Sequence record: SRR20825010_6742
Strand: one strand, 5' to 3'
DNA length: 44,202 bases
Shown: positions 1 through 9,590 of the stretch, piece after piece
Numbering within the stretch: position 1 is the stretch's first letter
Layout of the letters: each line of letters begins with the position of its first letter
Made by a program: the position numbers and the translations under genes
The notes under the pieces: generated by a model
The model's database searches: none
Seen by the model: the letters and a program-made list of their open reading frames with translations, nothing else
Told to the model about the DNA's origin: nothing

Positions 1-16
1 CGAGACGCTGTCATTT

Positions 17-39
17 GCGAGTCTCAGAGACTCGCCTAC
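17..39 (-). repeat. REP-like palindrome (GTAG + 9-bp perfect inverted repeat)
   Basis: Minus strand reads GTAG-GCGAGTCTC-T-GAGACTCGC just downstream of the sulfatase stop; CGAGACGC at 1-8 may be a partner copy cut by the window edge. Confidence 0.55.
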
Positions 40-61
40 GTGAGGTTCTGCCCGATCATTC

Positions 62-1468
62 CTACCGACCTGTCTTGGGTTTGCGAGGAACCCATGTTTC
101 GGGAGCGTCCAGCATGAGCGGTTTGTGAAAGACCGTCAGTTCGTCGCCTTGAGTTCGCATCCAATCTTTCAGTTCCGCCAGCAAATTCGATCGAACGTTG
201 GCCAATTTGGGATCGTCTGCCAAGTTCTTGGTTTCGTTCGGGTCGCCCGTAAGGTCGAACAGTTCAAACTCAGGTCGTCCGTGATGCCCTGCGACAACCT
301 CCGCGGCATGAGGATCACTCTTGGCCGCCTCGGTCCACTCCTTGAAATAGTCCCCCGATGTGGCACGCAGCAACAAATCGATGTGCGTCGTGAACGCAAA
401 CTCGGGGTGCGGGTTCCAGATCAATTTGTACTGGTCGGTGCGAATGCTGCGGCTCAGGTAGACGTTCATCATCTTGTCGCCGCTGTGCGTCGTGAAGATT
501 CGCTCGCGATGACGTTTGGATGGATCCTGCAGCACTCCGGCGAATGACTTCCCGTCGATTTCTTGGGGCACTTCGCCACCACCGACTTCGATCAAGGTTG
601 GCAAGATGTCGACCCAACTGACCATCGCGTCGGTGCGTGAACCAGGTTCAATCATTCCTTCGCGAGAAACGATGAGCGGGATGCGAATGCCTTCGTCGTA
701 GAGCGTCCATTTTCCGAATGGGAACTGAGCCCCGTGGTCACTCGAAAACAGAAACAAACGATCCTCGGACAGGTGTTTGTCAACCAACTGTTGCAGCTCA
801 CCGAGGTAGGCGTCCAAGTCCTTGACCTCTTGCAGGTAGCGAGATCGCTGGACTCGAGTTTGTGGCGTGTCGAGCAGCTTCACTGGCAGCGACATGGATT
901 CCGGATCCACGGTGGATTCACTGGGCCATGGAACGTGCGGGTTGGAAACTCCAACGAACAACGCCAGCGGTCGCGAATCGGTTCGGCTTTCGAGAAACGC
1001 CTGGACGTTCTTTCGCACCGCGGGAATGTCCTGTGCTCGGTCGTGTGTGTCGAACTGATAGTCCGGTGCACTTCGCGAGTGAGCCACCTTTCCGAACGCC
1101 ACCGTCTGGTAGCCCAATTCATTCAAGACGACCGGCAGTTTCAACACATCCTCGTGTGGGTACGAGTGGTTTTCCTCCGCGCCATTTCGTGCGGGCATCA
1201 ACCCCGTCAACAACGCGGCCCGACTCGGGGCGCACGATGGGCTGGCCACGAAGGCACGATCGAACGTCATGCCTTCCTGAGCCAATTGATCGATGGCGGG
1301 CGTTTCGATGTTGGTGCCGCCATACAGTGCCAAGTCCGAGGCGGACAAATCGTCCGCCAGATAGACCACAATGTCGGGCTGGCGTTCGGTGTCCTTCGCC
1401 GTTGCAATCGCAGCGCCGAAGAAAACCGTGATCGCCAGTCCAGTCAAACCGTTCTTGAGTTTGTTCAT
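62..1468 (-). CDS. Sulfatase (S1, Cys-type), secreted
   Basis: PDIVVYLADD metal-binding start, CAPSRAALLTG formylglycine signature, FSSDHG, GKWTLYDEGIRIPLI, ELFDL..DPNE; N-terminal signal peptide; start overlaps upstream stop (TAGTGATG; GTG 1471 or ATG 1468). Confidence 0.93.
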   Translation of the reverse strand: MNKLKNGLTGLAITVFFGAAIATAKDTERQPDIVVYLADDLSASDLALYGGTNIETPAIDQLAQEGMTFDRAFVASPSCAPSRAALLTGLMPARNGAEENHSYPHEDVLKLPVVLNELGYQTVAFGKVAHSRSAPDYQFDTHDRAQDIPAVRKNVQAFLESRTDSRPLALFVGVSNPHVPWPSESTVDPESMSLPVKLLDTPQTRVQRSRYLQEVKDLDAYLGELQQLVDKHLSEDRLFLFSSDHGAQFPFGKWTLYDEGIRIPLIVSREGMIEPGSRTDAMVSWVDILPTLIEVGGGEVPQEIDGKSFAGVLQDPSKRHRERIFTTHSGDKMMNVYLSRSIRTDQYKLIWNPHPEFAFTTHIDLLLRATSGDYFKEWTEAAKSDPHAAEVVAGHHGRPEFELFDLTGDPNETKNLADDPKLANVRSNLLAELKDWMRTQGDELTVFHKPLMLDAPETWVPRKPKTGR

Positions 1469-1470
1469 CA

Positions 1471-4400
1471 CTATCGCCCATACACCTTGGCTTTGGGGTC
1501 ACCACCGGAAAGCAAGTACGCGATCAAATCACGAACTTCCTCGGCGTTCAAAGAATTCAACATGTCCGTCGGCATCTGCGAAATCGGCGAGTCTTTGGCT
1601 GAGATGACTTCGTCCGGTTCCACGACGACTGGTTTCACCGTCTCGCCAGCCTTGCTGACGGGATGGATTTCGATTCGGTCCTCATTTTCGACCATCAACC
1701 CGGTCAGCACGCGACCGTCTTCCAGCAACACCACCTTGGATCCGTATTGATCGCTGATGACTTTGCTGGGTTCGATGATGGATTCGAGCAAGTAGTTGGC
1801 GTTGAATTTATTCTTCACCGTTGTCAGGTCGGGGCCGATGTCGCCCCCGAGTCCATCGAACCGGTGACAAGAGGCACACTGTGCGGCGTGGAAAAGATTG
1901 CGGCCGCTTTCATAGTTGGCCTGACGCAAGGCACCGCCGGTGTGCTTGCTCGCTTCTGCCAAAGTCCATTTTTTGCCTGGTCCCTTAGGAGCGGTGATTT
2001 CAAAATCGGGGACAGGGTTGAAGTCTTCGCCGCTGATGTCGGAAAGTTCTTCCCGCTGTGCGTTACTGAGATGCCCCAACACTTCGTCTCGCAAGTTCGC
2101 GAGGAACTTGCCGTAGCTGTTGCCACCGCTGTATTTCGCGGCTTGGTTGATGAACTGGATGTACGCCCGAAGATTGTCCATCGTCCAACCATCACGCAGG
2201 TTTCGCAGCATGAACGCGTAGTTGATTTCGTGAGACGGCGGCTGGTTCTCCAGCATCTTCACGACTCGCGAACCGTAACGTTGGTTGCGTTGGAAATCAA
2301 CGTTTTCCACCCAAGCCGGAGGCGTCGGTTTCGCGTCCGTCATCATGGCGATTGCTTTGTCGATCACCGTGGGTGATTCCAGATAGACCAGCAAGCGAAC
2401 CAGTTCGGTGTTCACGTCTTTGCTTTTGTTCGGAAGCAAGGCATCGAGCTCTTCGATGACCCGTTCACGTTCTTCCGAGGTTGGTTCACCAAGCCGAATG
2501 AAGGTCAAAGCGTAGGCTCGCAGCAGTCCGAGCAGTTGCGGTTTGGGCAATTCGCTGGGGTTCATTTTCAGCAACGCGTTCACCAAGTCGGACCGATAGG
2601 ATTCATTCCCACGACGTGCCAGAGCGACAGCGCCGGTGATCCGGGCTTGCGCGTTGGATTCGTCGAAGACTTTGTCGACCCATTGCTCGGTCGGTTGCGA
2701 CTCGACAGCGATTCGTGCCGCGTAACGAAGCCAACGATCGTTGCTCGAAAGATGGGGCCATGCCTTGGCGACTGCGTCCGCGTGCTCTTTCCCGTGGAAG
2801 GCTTCCAAGCTTCGGCGTTGTTGGCGAGCTTTTTCACCAGGGATCGGGGCTGAAACGGGGGCGGTCGAGTCGTCGCCTTCATACGTGATTCGGAATAAAG
2901 CGGACTGAGTGCCACGTCCACCAACGGTGAAGTACAACGCACCGTCCTTGCCCACGATGGCATCGGTCACAGGCAAAGGTGCTCCGTAACAAAACGCTTC
3001 TTGGTGAGCTTTCCAGCCAGCCCCATCGGGTTCCAAGTGAATCGCGTAGATCGTTCCAAAGGTCCAATCGAGTGCATAGATCGCGTCTTGATACTTGGCG
3101 GGGAACTTGGCTCCTTGACCGCCGACCACACCGGTCGGGCTGCCGGGGCCGATGTTCAAAACGGCTGGCAAGCTATCCTCGTAGTACTCTGGCCATTTCC
3201 CGGAACCACTTCGCCATCCGTAGTCCGATCCGCTGACGGCGTGATTGATTCGCGTCGGTCGGTACCATGGCGAACCGAGGTCCCATTCCATGTCAGCGTC
3301 ATAGGTGAACAGGTCGCCGGCACGGCTCAGTGCGATGTCGTATTGGTTGCGATACCCCATCGAGATGACTTCATGTTTGTTCGTCTTTGGATCAAAACGG
3401 GTGATCCAACCGCCTGGTGCGAGTCGACCGCGAGCGTGTCCGTTGGCGTCCCATTCGCGTGGCAACAGCAGATCTTCGTTCCAAGTCGGGACGCGTGATC
3501 CAGCGATGATGGACTCGTCCGGCAGATTCGTGTGGTTGCCCGCGGCGACATAAAGAGCGTCACCGTCCTCGGTTGGAATCACCGCGTGGTTCCCGTGTTC
3601 TCCGCCACCATGCGTGCCGAACAATTCTTCGGCGTGATCCAGCAAACCGTCGCCGGTGGAATCCGTGACGCGATACATCGGGCTGCTTCCGCGATTGAAA
3701 TACAACGCACCGTCGTGCCAGGTCATGCCTTGAGCTCCCGACACCTTCACGGGCATCTTCTCCACCTTGACGCCTGATTCGCCGGTTGCGTTGGAAGGGA
3801 TTTCATCGAGCGTGATTCGATACAAACCCGCTTCGCCTTGATCGCTGGCGTACAAGCGACCTTGATCGTCGGTCGTCAACGAGACCCAACTTCCTTGGCG
3901 GACCTTGGGAACTTGGTAAACGAGTTCGACTTTGAATCCATCGGCCACCGTGACTTCGTCGGCACTGAAAGAAGGGTCACCAGATGCCTGGTCAGTTCCG
4001 ACGCCCGGTTTTCCCCATGGTGATTTTCCAAAATTGCCCAGCGACTTGGCGGCAACGTTCCACCTGGAATCATCGTAAGCGGCGGTCTTCCAATCACCGG
4101 TGGCTGCGTTGGCCAGTTTCCAGTTCGGGCTCGAGATGACTTGATGAACGGTTCCATCCTCGGTTTCGACTTCGAGTTTGAAAACGAAAGCGGCCACACC
4201 ACCACGGTTGCCGGCTTTCACTGCGATTTGGTTCTTGCCTGCTCGGACAAACTGACGAGCGTCCAGTTGTTTGATGGGGTACTGCCAATCGGGACAATCA
4301 CCGACTGGTTTGCCATTGATCCAAACGGTCGCCTCGTTGTCGCAGGTTGCATACAAGCGGGCCGAGCGAATGGCTTCTTTCGAGCCTTCGGGCATGAATT

Positions 4401-5271
4401 CGAACTGATGCCGCAGATAGAGCGGGTCGTTGGACGAGGGTTGATCCTGACGCCAAATCCATTTTGGTGTTGGTGACTTGGCAACCCAATCAAACGCGGT
4501 TGCGGCCGAAGGTTTCTTGGCGTTCTTGCCTTTTGAGGCAGCTCCACTTTGCACGTAGGAGTTCAACACGGACTTGGCGTTCGCGGCATCCAGCTTTTGA
4601 AGTTGAACGTATTTGAACTCACAAGTCATCGACGGCCCGGCGTGCAACTGCAACGCTAGAATTCCGCTGCGGCGAGCTTCCGGGTGATTGTCGGTCAGGT
4701 CCATCGTCGTGACGCCGTTGACCTGGTGAATTTGCCGATCGCCCACCGCGATGATGGTCAGTTCATTCCATTCCCAATCGACCAGCTTTTGGGAGCGGTC
4801 ACCGACCTCGCCGACCACCTTGGGTTTGCCATCCGCACCGACTTCGACCTTTTGGAATCGTTTGGCGACGATGCCACGCCATTTTTCCGCGTAGAGCATT
4901 CCAAAGAAGTCGGGCGATTTGTGTAGGTCCGCTTGATAGCCTTTGACGACAAAGTCTTTGGGGTCGATCAGTTCGCTGCGATATTGCACGCCGCTGTTGT
5001 TGCCGCGAAAACGGACTTTGGTTTTGAAGACAAAGTCGCCGACCTCTCCGCCTTGCCACACCAAGAACGTGTTGCCCTTGGCTGGATTCTCTTTCGTGGT
5101 TTCGCCATGAATGACTCCATCGCGAACGGACCAAAAAGAATTGTTCCCGGCCCATCCAGAAAGGTCTTTTCCGTTGAACAAGTTTTCAAAGGAATCTTCC
5201 GCCTGGACGGAAAGAGAACAGACAAACGAAAGAACGAGACACGTGCGTGTCAAATATCCGATGTAGGTCAC
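1471..5271 (-). CDS. PVC-type heme-binding CxxCH protein: DUF1080 domain + beta-sandwich + dehydrogenase-like beta-propeller + HEAT repeats + cytochrome c
   Basis: LFNGKDLSGW..NSGVQYRS..GILALQLH (DUF1080); GYRNQYD..FTYDADMEWDLGSPWYRPTR propeller; CASCH at 1864-1878 followed by IGPDLT..LESIIEPS..SQMP; GTG 5271 gives a signal peptide, so the ORF-track start 5535 is probably too long. Confidence 0.88.
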   Translation of the reverse strand: MTYIGYLTRTCLVLSFVCSLSVQAEDSFENLFNGKDLSGWAGNNSFWSVRDGVIHGETTKENPAKGNTFLVWQGGEVGDFVFKTKVRFRGNNSGVQYRSELIDPKDFVVKGYQADLHKSPDFFGMLYAEKWRGIVAKRFQKVEVGADGKPKVVGEVGDRSQKLVDWEWNELTIIAVGDRQIHQVNGVTTMDLTDNHPEARRSGILALQLHAGPSMTCEFKYVQLQKLDAANAKSVLNSYVQSGAASKGKNAKKPSAATAFDWVAKSPTPKWIWRQDQPSSNDPLYLRHQFEFMPEGSKEAIRSARLYATCDNEATVWINGKPVGDCPDWQYPIKQLDARQFVRAGKNQIAVKAGNRGGVAAFVFKLEVETEDGTVHQVISSPNWKLANAATGDWKTAAYDDSRWNVAAKSLGNFGKSPWGKPGVGTDQASGDPSFSADEVTVADGFKVELVYQVPKVRQGSWVSLTTDDQGRLYASDQGEAGLYRITLDEIPSNATGESGVKVEKMPVKVSGAQGMTWHDGALYFNRGSSPMYRVTDSTGDGLLDHAEELFGTHGGGEHGNHAVIPTEDGDALYVAAGNHTNLPDESIIAGSRVPTWNEDLLLPREWDANGHARGRLAPGGWITRFDPKTNKHEVISMGYRNQYDIALSRAGDLFTYDADMEWDLGSPWYRPTRINHAVSGSDYGWRSGSGKWPEYYEDSLPAVLNIGPGSPTGVVGGQGAKFPAKYQDAIYALDWTFGTIYAIHLEPDGAGWKAHQEAFCYGAPLPVTDAIVGKDGALYFTVGGRGTQSALFRITYEGDDSTAPVSAPIPGEKARQQRRSLEAFHGKEHADAVAKAWPHLSSNDRWLRYAARIAVESQPTEQWVDKVFDESNAQARITGAVALARRGNESYRSDLVNALLKMNPSELPKPQLLGLLRAYALTFIRLGEPTSEERERVIEELDALLPNKSKDVNTELVRLLVYLESPTVIDKAIAMMTDAKPTPPAWVENVDFQRNQRYGSRVVKMLENQPPSHEINYAFMLRNLRDGWTMDNLRAYIQFINQAAKYSGGNSYGKFLANLRDEVLGHLSNAQREELSDISGEDFNPVPDFEITAPKGPGKKWTLAEASKHTGGALRQANYESGRNLFHAAQCASCHRFDGLGGDIGPDLTTVKNKFNANYLLESIIEPSKVISDQYGSKVVLLEDGRVLTGLMVENEDRIEIHPVSKAGETVKPVVVEPDEVISAKDSPISQMPTDMLNSLNAEEVRDLIAYLLSGGDPKAKVYGR

Positions 5272-5554
5272 GGTGGCTTTGCAGTTAGGTGGGAGGAAAC
5301 AAGCTGGGCGTCGTTCCAAGCTGACCTTCGATAGGGCCAGGGCTTGGTGTCGATCAAACGCCGCTTTCGGTCGCGTCACGCATGGAACAGCTTGCTCGAG
5401 CGGTTCACTCGGGCTGATGCAACGAACATGTTGAATGCGTTGACGATGCAGGCGGGGAGCCTGCGGAGGTGGGTTGTTGTGGTGGGACTTGGGACGGCAG
5501 TTAAACGTATAGACTGTCGTCGCCAAGATGATCATAGATGCTCTGAGGGCTCGT

Positions 5555-8029
5555 TCAATTGGCCTCGACTAAAATCGAGCCGCTGAATTCGCCATCGAGA
5601 ACCCATCGGTTCTGTTTTTTTGTCACGGAAACAGGCGATCCGTTGACTGAAACCGATTGCATGTCGCCCAGTTCAGGTAAATCCAAGTTTGCGGTGATTC
5701 CCTCGGGCAACTCGACGGAAAGCTTGAAACCCGATTCGCGATTCCAATCCACATGGATGGGGCCACGCTTGGTTGGCACTTTTCCGCGAGCGAACTTCAG
5801 GTCGCCCAAGCACGGACGCACGAGGACTTGCTTCCAACCTGGGCGGACAGGTTGGATGCCAAGCACATGACGCGGCAAGAGGTTTGCTGGTGCGGCACCC
5901 CAAGCGTGATTCCAATCCTGATTGGGTTTGTACTTCATTTCCCAGGCTTCCCAAGTGATGGTGGTTCCGCTGTTGACCATGTGTTTCCAACTGCGATCGC
6001 CATCGGCCAACATCAATGCCAATGCTTTGTGCTCGCCGCCGTTTTGAAACAACGCGTCCATGAAGTACTGAGCCGCATACACGCTGCAGTCCATGCCTTT
6101 GGTTTTCAACCATTCGACAACGCCAGCCTGTTTCTCGTCGGGCACCAAGCCAAACGCCAACGGAAAGAAGTTCGCATGAATGCTGCTGTGTTCCGTGCCA
6201 ACTCCGTCGCGGTAAATCCCAGCCTCTTCATCGAACAGCGTCGCTTGGAAGGCCGTTTGGGCCAAATCGGCGCGGGCCGCGAAAGCATCCGCGTCCGCGG
6301 TCTTTCCCACCGCCATTGCCATCTCGGCCATTTGCTTCAGGGCCTCGATGTGAAATGCGTTGACGACCGTGTTGATCTCGGTGAACACAAACCCGTCACG
6401 TTCTTTCTGCGGCCAATCGACGATGTCGTGGCGACTGCGATCCAGTTCAGCACTGCGAACCAGTCCATCATCGGCGCTGCGATGCAAAAGTGTTTTTGAC
6501 TTCAGTGATTCGTAGCGTTGTTGCAACCACTTTGTGTCTCCGGAGTTCATCCATTCCGCATGAGCCATGAAAACCATGTGTGGAGCCCACTCGGTCGGCC
6601 ACGTGCCGTTTTCCATCAACCAGTCAAAGGTTCGAGCGGCCATGGTGACGTGATCGTCCGTGGCATAGTGGCTGAGCTGATTCAGATAGGCATCGGCTTC
6701 GTAGGGGATCCGTTCTCGGTCACCATCAACGTAAACGCCCGCGAAGGTGGTGGCTTTGATGCTGTACTTGCACAGATCCCAAATGCGATTGAGTGTTTCA
6801 TCGGAACATTCAAACGAGCTCGCGTCATCGTTCCATGTCTTTGAATATGCGGCACGTCGACGAATTTGATTAAACGCGAAATCTGCTTCGAGCCCTTCGA
6901 TCTCGATCCAGCGAAACGGCATCACGGGTTGCCATGCGGATGGCGTCAGCACCGCGGGCGGATTCGCGTTCATCCGTCCCGATTGCTGAATGTTGCGATC
7001 GTCGACGGGAGTCGGCACGATCCAATTGCCTCGTTGCTGCCCACGACGCACAGACGTCATTCCATACCGAACGGTTCCCGGTGGGGATTGGTCGATGCGT
7101 CCTTCTTTGAGCTTTTCACCAAAGTGCACGTTGACTGTCCCGCGTCCGTCGGCGGGAACAGGCATGACGATGTTCCCAAACGCGACCTTGCCGAAATCAA
7201 TCAACGTGACTTTGTCGTTGATCCGTTTGACCGACACGGGTTCGTGCTCGGTCAGCGACACATGTTCGCTCGCCGGGATCAATGGCAACTCTTTGATGAA
7301 CAGATTGCGGAAGCGATAGGTTTGACCCTTCTCGCCGTGGTGCTGAATGCCAATGAAACCGCTGGAATCCATCGCGTCTCGAAAGCGAACGGTCTGGACC
7401 CCGTTGAGTTCGATCGTGATGACATCATCGATGCAAGTGATGGTGTACCGATTCCAACCGTTGCGATTGAGTGCGTCACGGACACGCGGTTCGGCAAAGA
7501 AGTCTTTCGACTCCTCTTCGTGAGCAAGGAATTGCTTCGTCGAGCGGCCTTTTGTGCTTGGCCAAATCCAGCGGCGTCTCGCTTCGTCAAACAGTCCGCC
7601 AGACCAACGTCTCTCCGAGCCATCGCATTCGGCCTGATACCCGTACACCTTCTTCTCCGCATCTTCGTCCACATGACAGCGAAACATCACGCCCGAATTG
7701 GATGGCCCTTCGGGTAAATGAATGTCAACGCTCAGCCGAAAATTGGAGTACTTTTTTTCTGTCACCAAGAAGAACTTCTTGTCCGCCGCCAGGTGAATTT
7801 CGCCATCCACCACGGAGGCTTCTCCGTGGGGATACGGATTCCGCCAACCGGACAGGTCCTGGCCGTTGAACAGAGGTGTGTAGCCACGACTGAGGAAGCT
7901 GTCGCGCGCCTCCTCGACACTGGCGTCAAACTGCGGTTTGGTGATGGTCGCCAACGTGTCGTCTGCTTGAGCAAGCGTATCGGCAACGAACAACAGAATG
8001 AATCCAACGACAATTCGACTGTACTTCAC
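5555..8029 (-). CDS. Alpha-L-rhamnosidase (GH78-type) with N-terminal DUF1080 domain
   Basis: Signal peptide; LFNGQDLSGW..NSGVMFR..GFIGIQHHG (DUF1080); DFGKVAFG, DGDRERIPYEAD, TITWEAW, DWNHAWGAAP and GKVPT.RGPI.V.W are typical of GH78 catalytic and C-terminal domains. Confidence 0.88.
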   Translation of the reverse strand: MKYSRIVVGFILLFVADTLAQADDTLATITKPQFDASVEEARDSFLSRGYTPLFNGQDLSGWRNPYPHGEASVVDGEIHLAADKKFFLVTEKKYSNFRLSVDIHLPEGPSNSGVMFRCHVDEDAEKKVYGYQAECDGSERRWSGGLFDEARRRWIWPSTKGRSTKQFLAHEEESKDFFAEPRVRDALNRNGWNRYTITCIDDVITIELNGVQTVRFRDAMDSSGFIGIQHHGEKGQTYRFRNLFIKELPLIPASEHVSLTEHEPVSVKRINDKVTLIDFGKVAFGNIVMPVPADGRGTVNVHFGEKLKEGRIDQSPPGTVRYGMTSVRRGQQRGNWIVPTPVDDRNIQQSGRMNANPPAVLTPSAWQPVMPFRWIEIEGLEADFAFNQIRRRAAYSKTWNDDASSFECSDETLNRIWDLCKYSIKATTFAGVYVDGDRERIPYEADAYLNQLSHYATDDHVTMAARTFDWLMENGTWPTEWAPHMVFMAHAEWMNSGDTKWLQQRYESLKSKTLLHRSADDGLVRSAELDRSRHDIVDWPQKERDGFVFTEINTVVNAFHIEALKQMAEMAMAVGKTADADAFAARADLAQTAFQATLFDEEAGIYRDGVGTEHSSIHANFFPLAFGLVPDEKQAGVVEWLKTKGMDCSVYAAQYFMDALFQNGGEHKALALMLADGDRSWKHMVNSGTTITWEAWEMKYKPNQDWNHAWGAAPANLLPRHVLGIQPVRPGWKQVLVRPCLGDLKFARGKVPTKRGPIHVDWNRESGFKLSVELPEGITANLDLPELGDMQSVSVNGSPVSVTKKQNRWVLDGEFSGSILVEAN

Positions 8030-8074
8030 GGTGTAGAACTCAGGAGGGTGGGGATGAGGCGGGGAGTCAATCGG

Positions 8075-8260
8075 CTATTCGCCTTTGCCGATGTCACCGG
8101 CTTCAGTCGCTTCTTTCGCTTCCGCCGCGATCATCGCATTGTATTCGTCAATCTTGGACTGGTCCAAATCGGCCAGATCATTGGTGGGTTCGGAGGATCC
8201 GCATGCTGTGATGAGTCCCAATGGAAGCAGCAACATTGCCAAACGAAGTGTCTTGAACAT
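8075..8260 (-). CDS. Small acidic lipoprotein downstream of DUF1559 gene (61 aa)
   Basis: MFKTLRLAMLLLPLGLITA-C lipobox then GSSEPT and an acidic helix; true start ATG 8260 lies inside the 120-aa track ORF. Confidence 0.75.
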   Translation of the reverse strand: MFKTLRLAMLLLPLGLITACGSSEPTNDLADLDQSKIDEYNAMIAAEAKEATEAGDIGKGE

Positions 8261-8300
8261 CGATAAACAGACCTGATTTGGAAGACAAAAGTCGGAAAGG

Positions 8301-8333
8301 AAAAAGCCTCGCCACCAACGGTAGCGAGGCTTT
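8301..8333 (-). terminator. Intrinsic terminator-like hairpin after DUF1559 gene
   Basis: Minus strand AAAGCCTCGC-TACCGTTGGTG-GCGAGGCTTTTT, about 20 nt past the stop at 8355. Confidence 0.7.
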
Positions 8334-8354
8334 CGAAACATGGACAACTTTGAC

Positions 8355-9590
8355 TCAGAACTCTGAGTCGATGACTTCTTTGTTTGCACGAGTGCCCAAG
8401 GCTCCCCACAATCCGTAGGGGCTTTGAGCACCAGCAACCGTTGCGGGCGAACCGTGATAAGAGATCATGGCTTGGTTGCTGTTACCCGCTTCGATGCTAT
8501 CAGTGACAAACTTCACCGCACCATCGCCCATCAGAACGTGTGCGCCACCTTGGTGACGGCTCGAGACGGTGACGTTCGAATCGTTACTGGTGTATCCGCC
8601 CGTGCACACGCCGGAGTTAGGCGGCAAAATCGTGTGGACTTGCGAATGCATGTGCACTGCGTCGTGCCAGCGATAACCGCGAGAGTTTGCAACGTTCACG
8701 GAAGATCCTGCAGCAGCGATCCAAAATTGAGGTCGCGCGGGATCATGGAATTGATCCATGTATCGAGGGTTGCGGCGACATTCGGCTCGGCCGTGTCCGC
8801 TGCGATCGTTGTAGGCGTTCGCGGTCGGGAACGATGTTCTCACATCTCGATCGCCGAGGTCGGTTGCCAATTCGCCACACATGATCGTGTTGCTGAGACC
8901 ATCCAGGGTGTCGCGGAACTTCATTTGTCGGGTCATGACAAACATTCCGCGGTGGACTTTGCGTGAACGCTGCGACAAAGTCGAATTGTTTTCGGTGTAG
9001 GGAACCGTTGCGCCACGCGATTCGAGTGTGACATTGATGGGCCCTTCGCGTGACATCACGGACGAGTCACCGGTGCAGGCACCGTAGTTGGTTCGGCCGA
9101 GCGATGGCAAACCGCTGCCTGGATCACTTGGGCAACGGAACGTTGGAATTGTTGTTCCCCATGGTCCATAATCAATACGTGCCACGCCGGGCCCCATCGC
9201 TTGCCATGGGGTCGCTCTCGTGGAGCCGTCCGCATTGAAACCGAGTGGGTTGCTGATTTGCTCCCACAATGATTGCTGTTCAATGAATGGAAGGACGCTG
9301 ATCAGGAACGATCCGCGACGGTTGATGCTGTCGGTTCTGTTGTCGCCTGCATAGATCTGCTGGCCACCGACTCGGTCCGTCCCGGTGCCATGAATTGGCA
9401 TTCCGTTGTAAGCCGAGTGATAGTTGTGGATGCCCAACCCAATTTGCTTGAAGTTGTTGCTGCAGCTCATCCGGCGAGCTGCTTCCCGAGCCGCTTGAAC
9501 AGCCGGCAATAAAAGTCCTACCAGCACACCGATGATCGCAATGACCACCAGCAGCTCAACAAGTGTGAAGCCAGAATGCTTTCGTTTCAT
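8355..9590 (-). CDS. DUF1559 family protein (prepilin-type N-terminus, H-X9-DG motif)
   Basis: GFTLVELLVVIAIIGVLVGLLLPAVQAAREAARRMSCSNNFKQIGLGIHNYHS; FRCPSD; RDTLDGLSNT; SRHQGGAHVLMGDGAVKF. Confidence 0.95.
   Translation of the reverse strand: MKRKHSGFTLVELLVVIAIIGVLVGLLLPAVQAAREAARRMSCSNNFKQIGLGIHNYHSAYNGMPIHGTGTDRVGGQQIYAGDNRTDSINRRGSFLISVLPFIEQQSLWEQISNPLGFNADGSTRATPWQAMGPGVARIDYGPWGTTIPTFRCPSDPGSGLPSLGRTNYGACTGDSSVMSREGPINVTLESRGATVPYTENNSTLSQRSRKVHRGMFVMTRQMKFRDTLDGLSNTIMCGELATDLGDRDVRTSFPTANAYNDRSGHGRAECRRNPRYMDQFHDPARPQFWIAAAGSSVNVANSRGYRWHDAVHMHSQVHTILPPNSGVCTGGYTSNDSNVTVSSRHQGGAHVLMGDGAVKFVTDSIEAGNSNQAMISYHGSPATVAGAQSPYGLWGALGTRANKEVIDSEF

Noticed and set aside
734-1750. 338-aa plus-strand ORF and the many other long antisense or alternate-frame ORFs (e.g. 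6866-7717, 30298-31173, 39932-40702)
   Set aside because: Shadows of well-supported genes on the opposite strand, common in GC-rich DNA; no motifs.
5272-5535. N-terminal extensions in the ORF track (also 15329-15496, 28227-28445, 29692-29970, 39161-39286)
   Set aside because: Signal peptides begin at downstream starts; the extensions look like intergenic or overlapping sequence.
8355-9590. Type IV pilin / T2SS pseudopilin operon
   Set aside because: Only the N-terminal methylation motif matches; the rest is DUF1559 and no assembly ATPase, secretin or platform genes are present.
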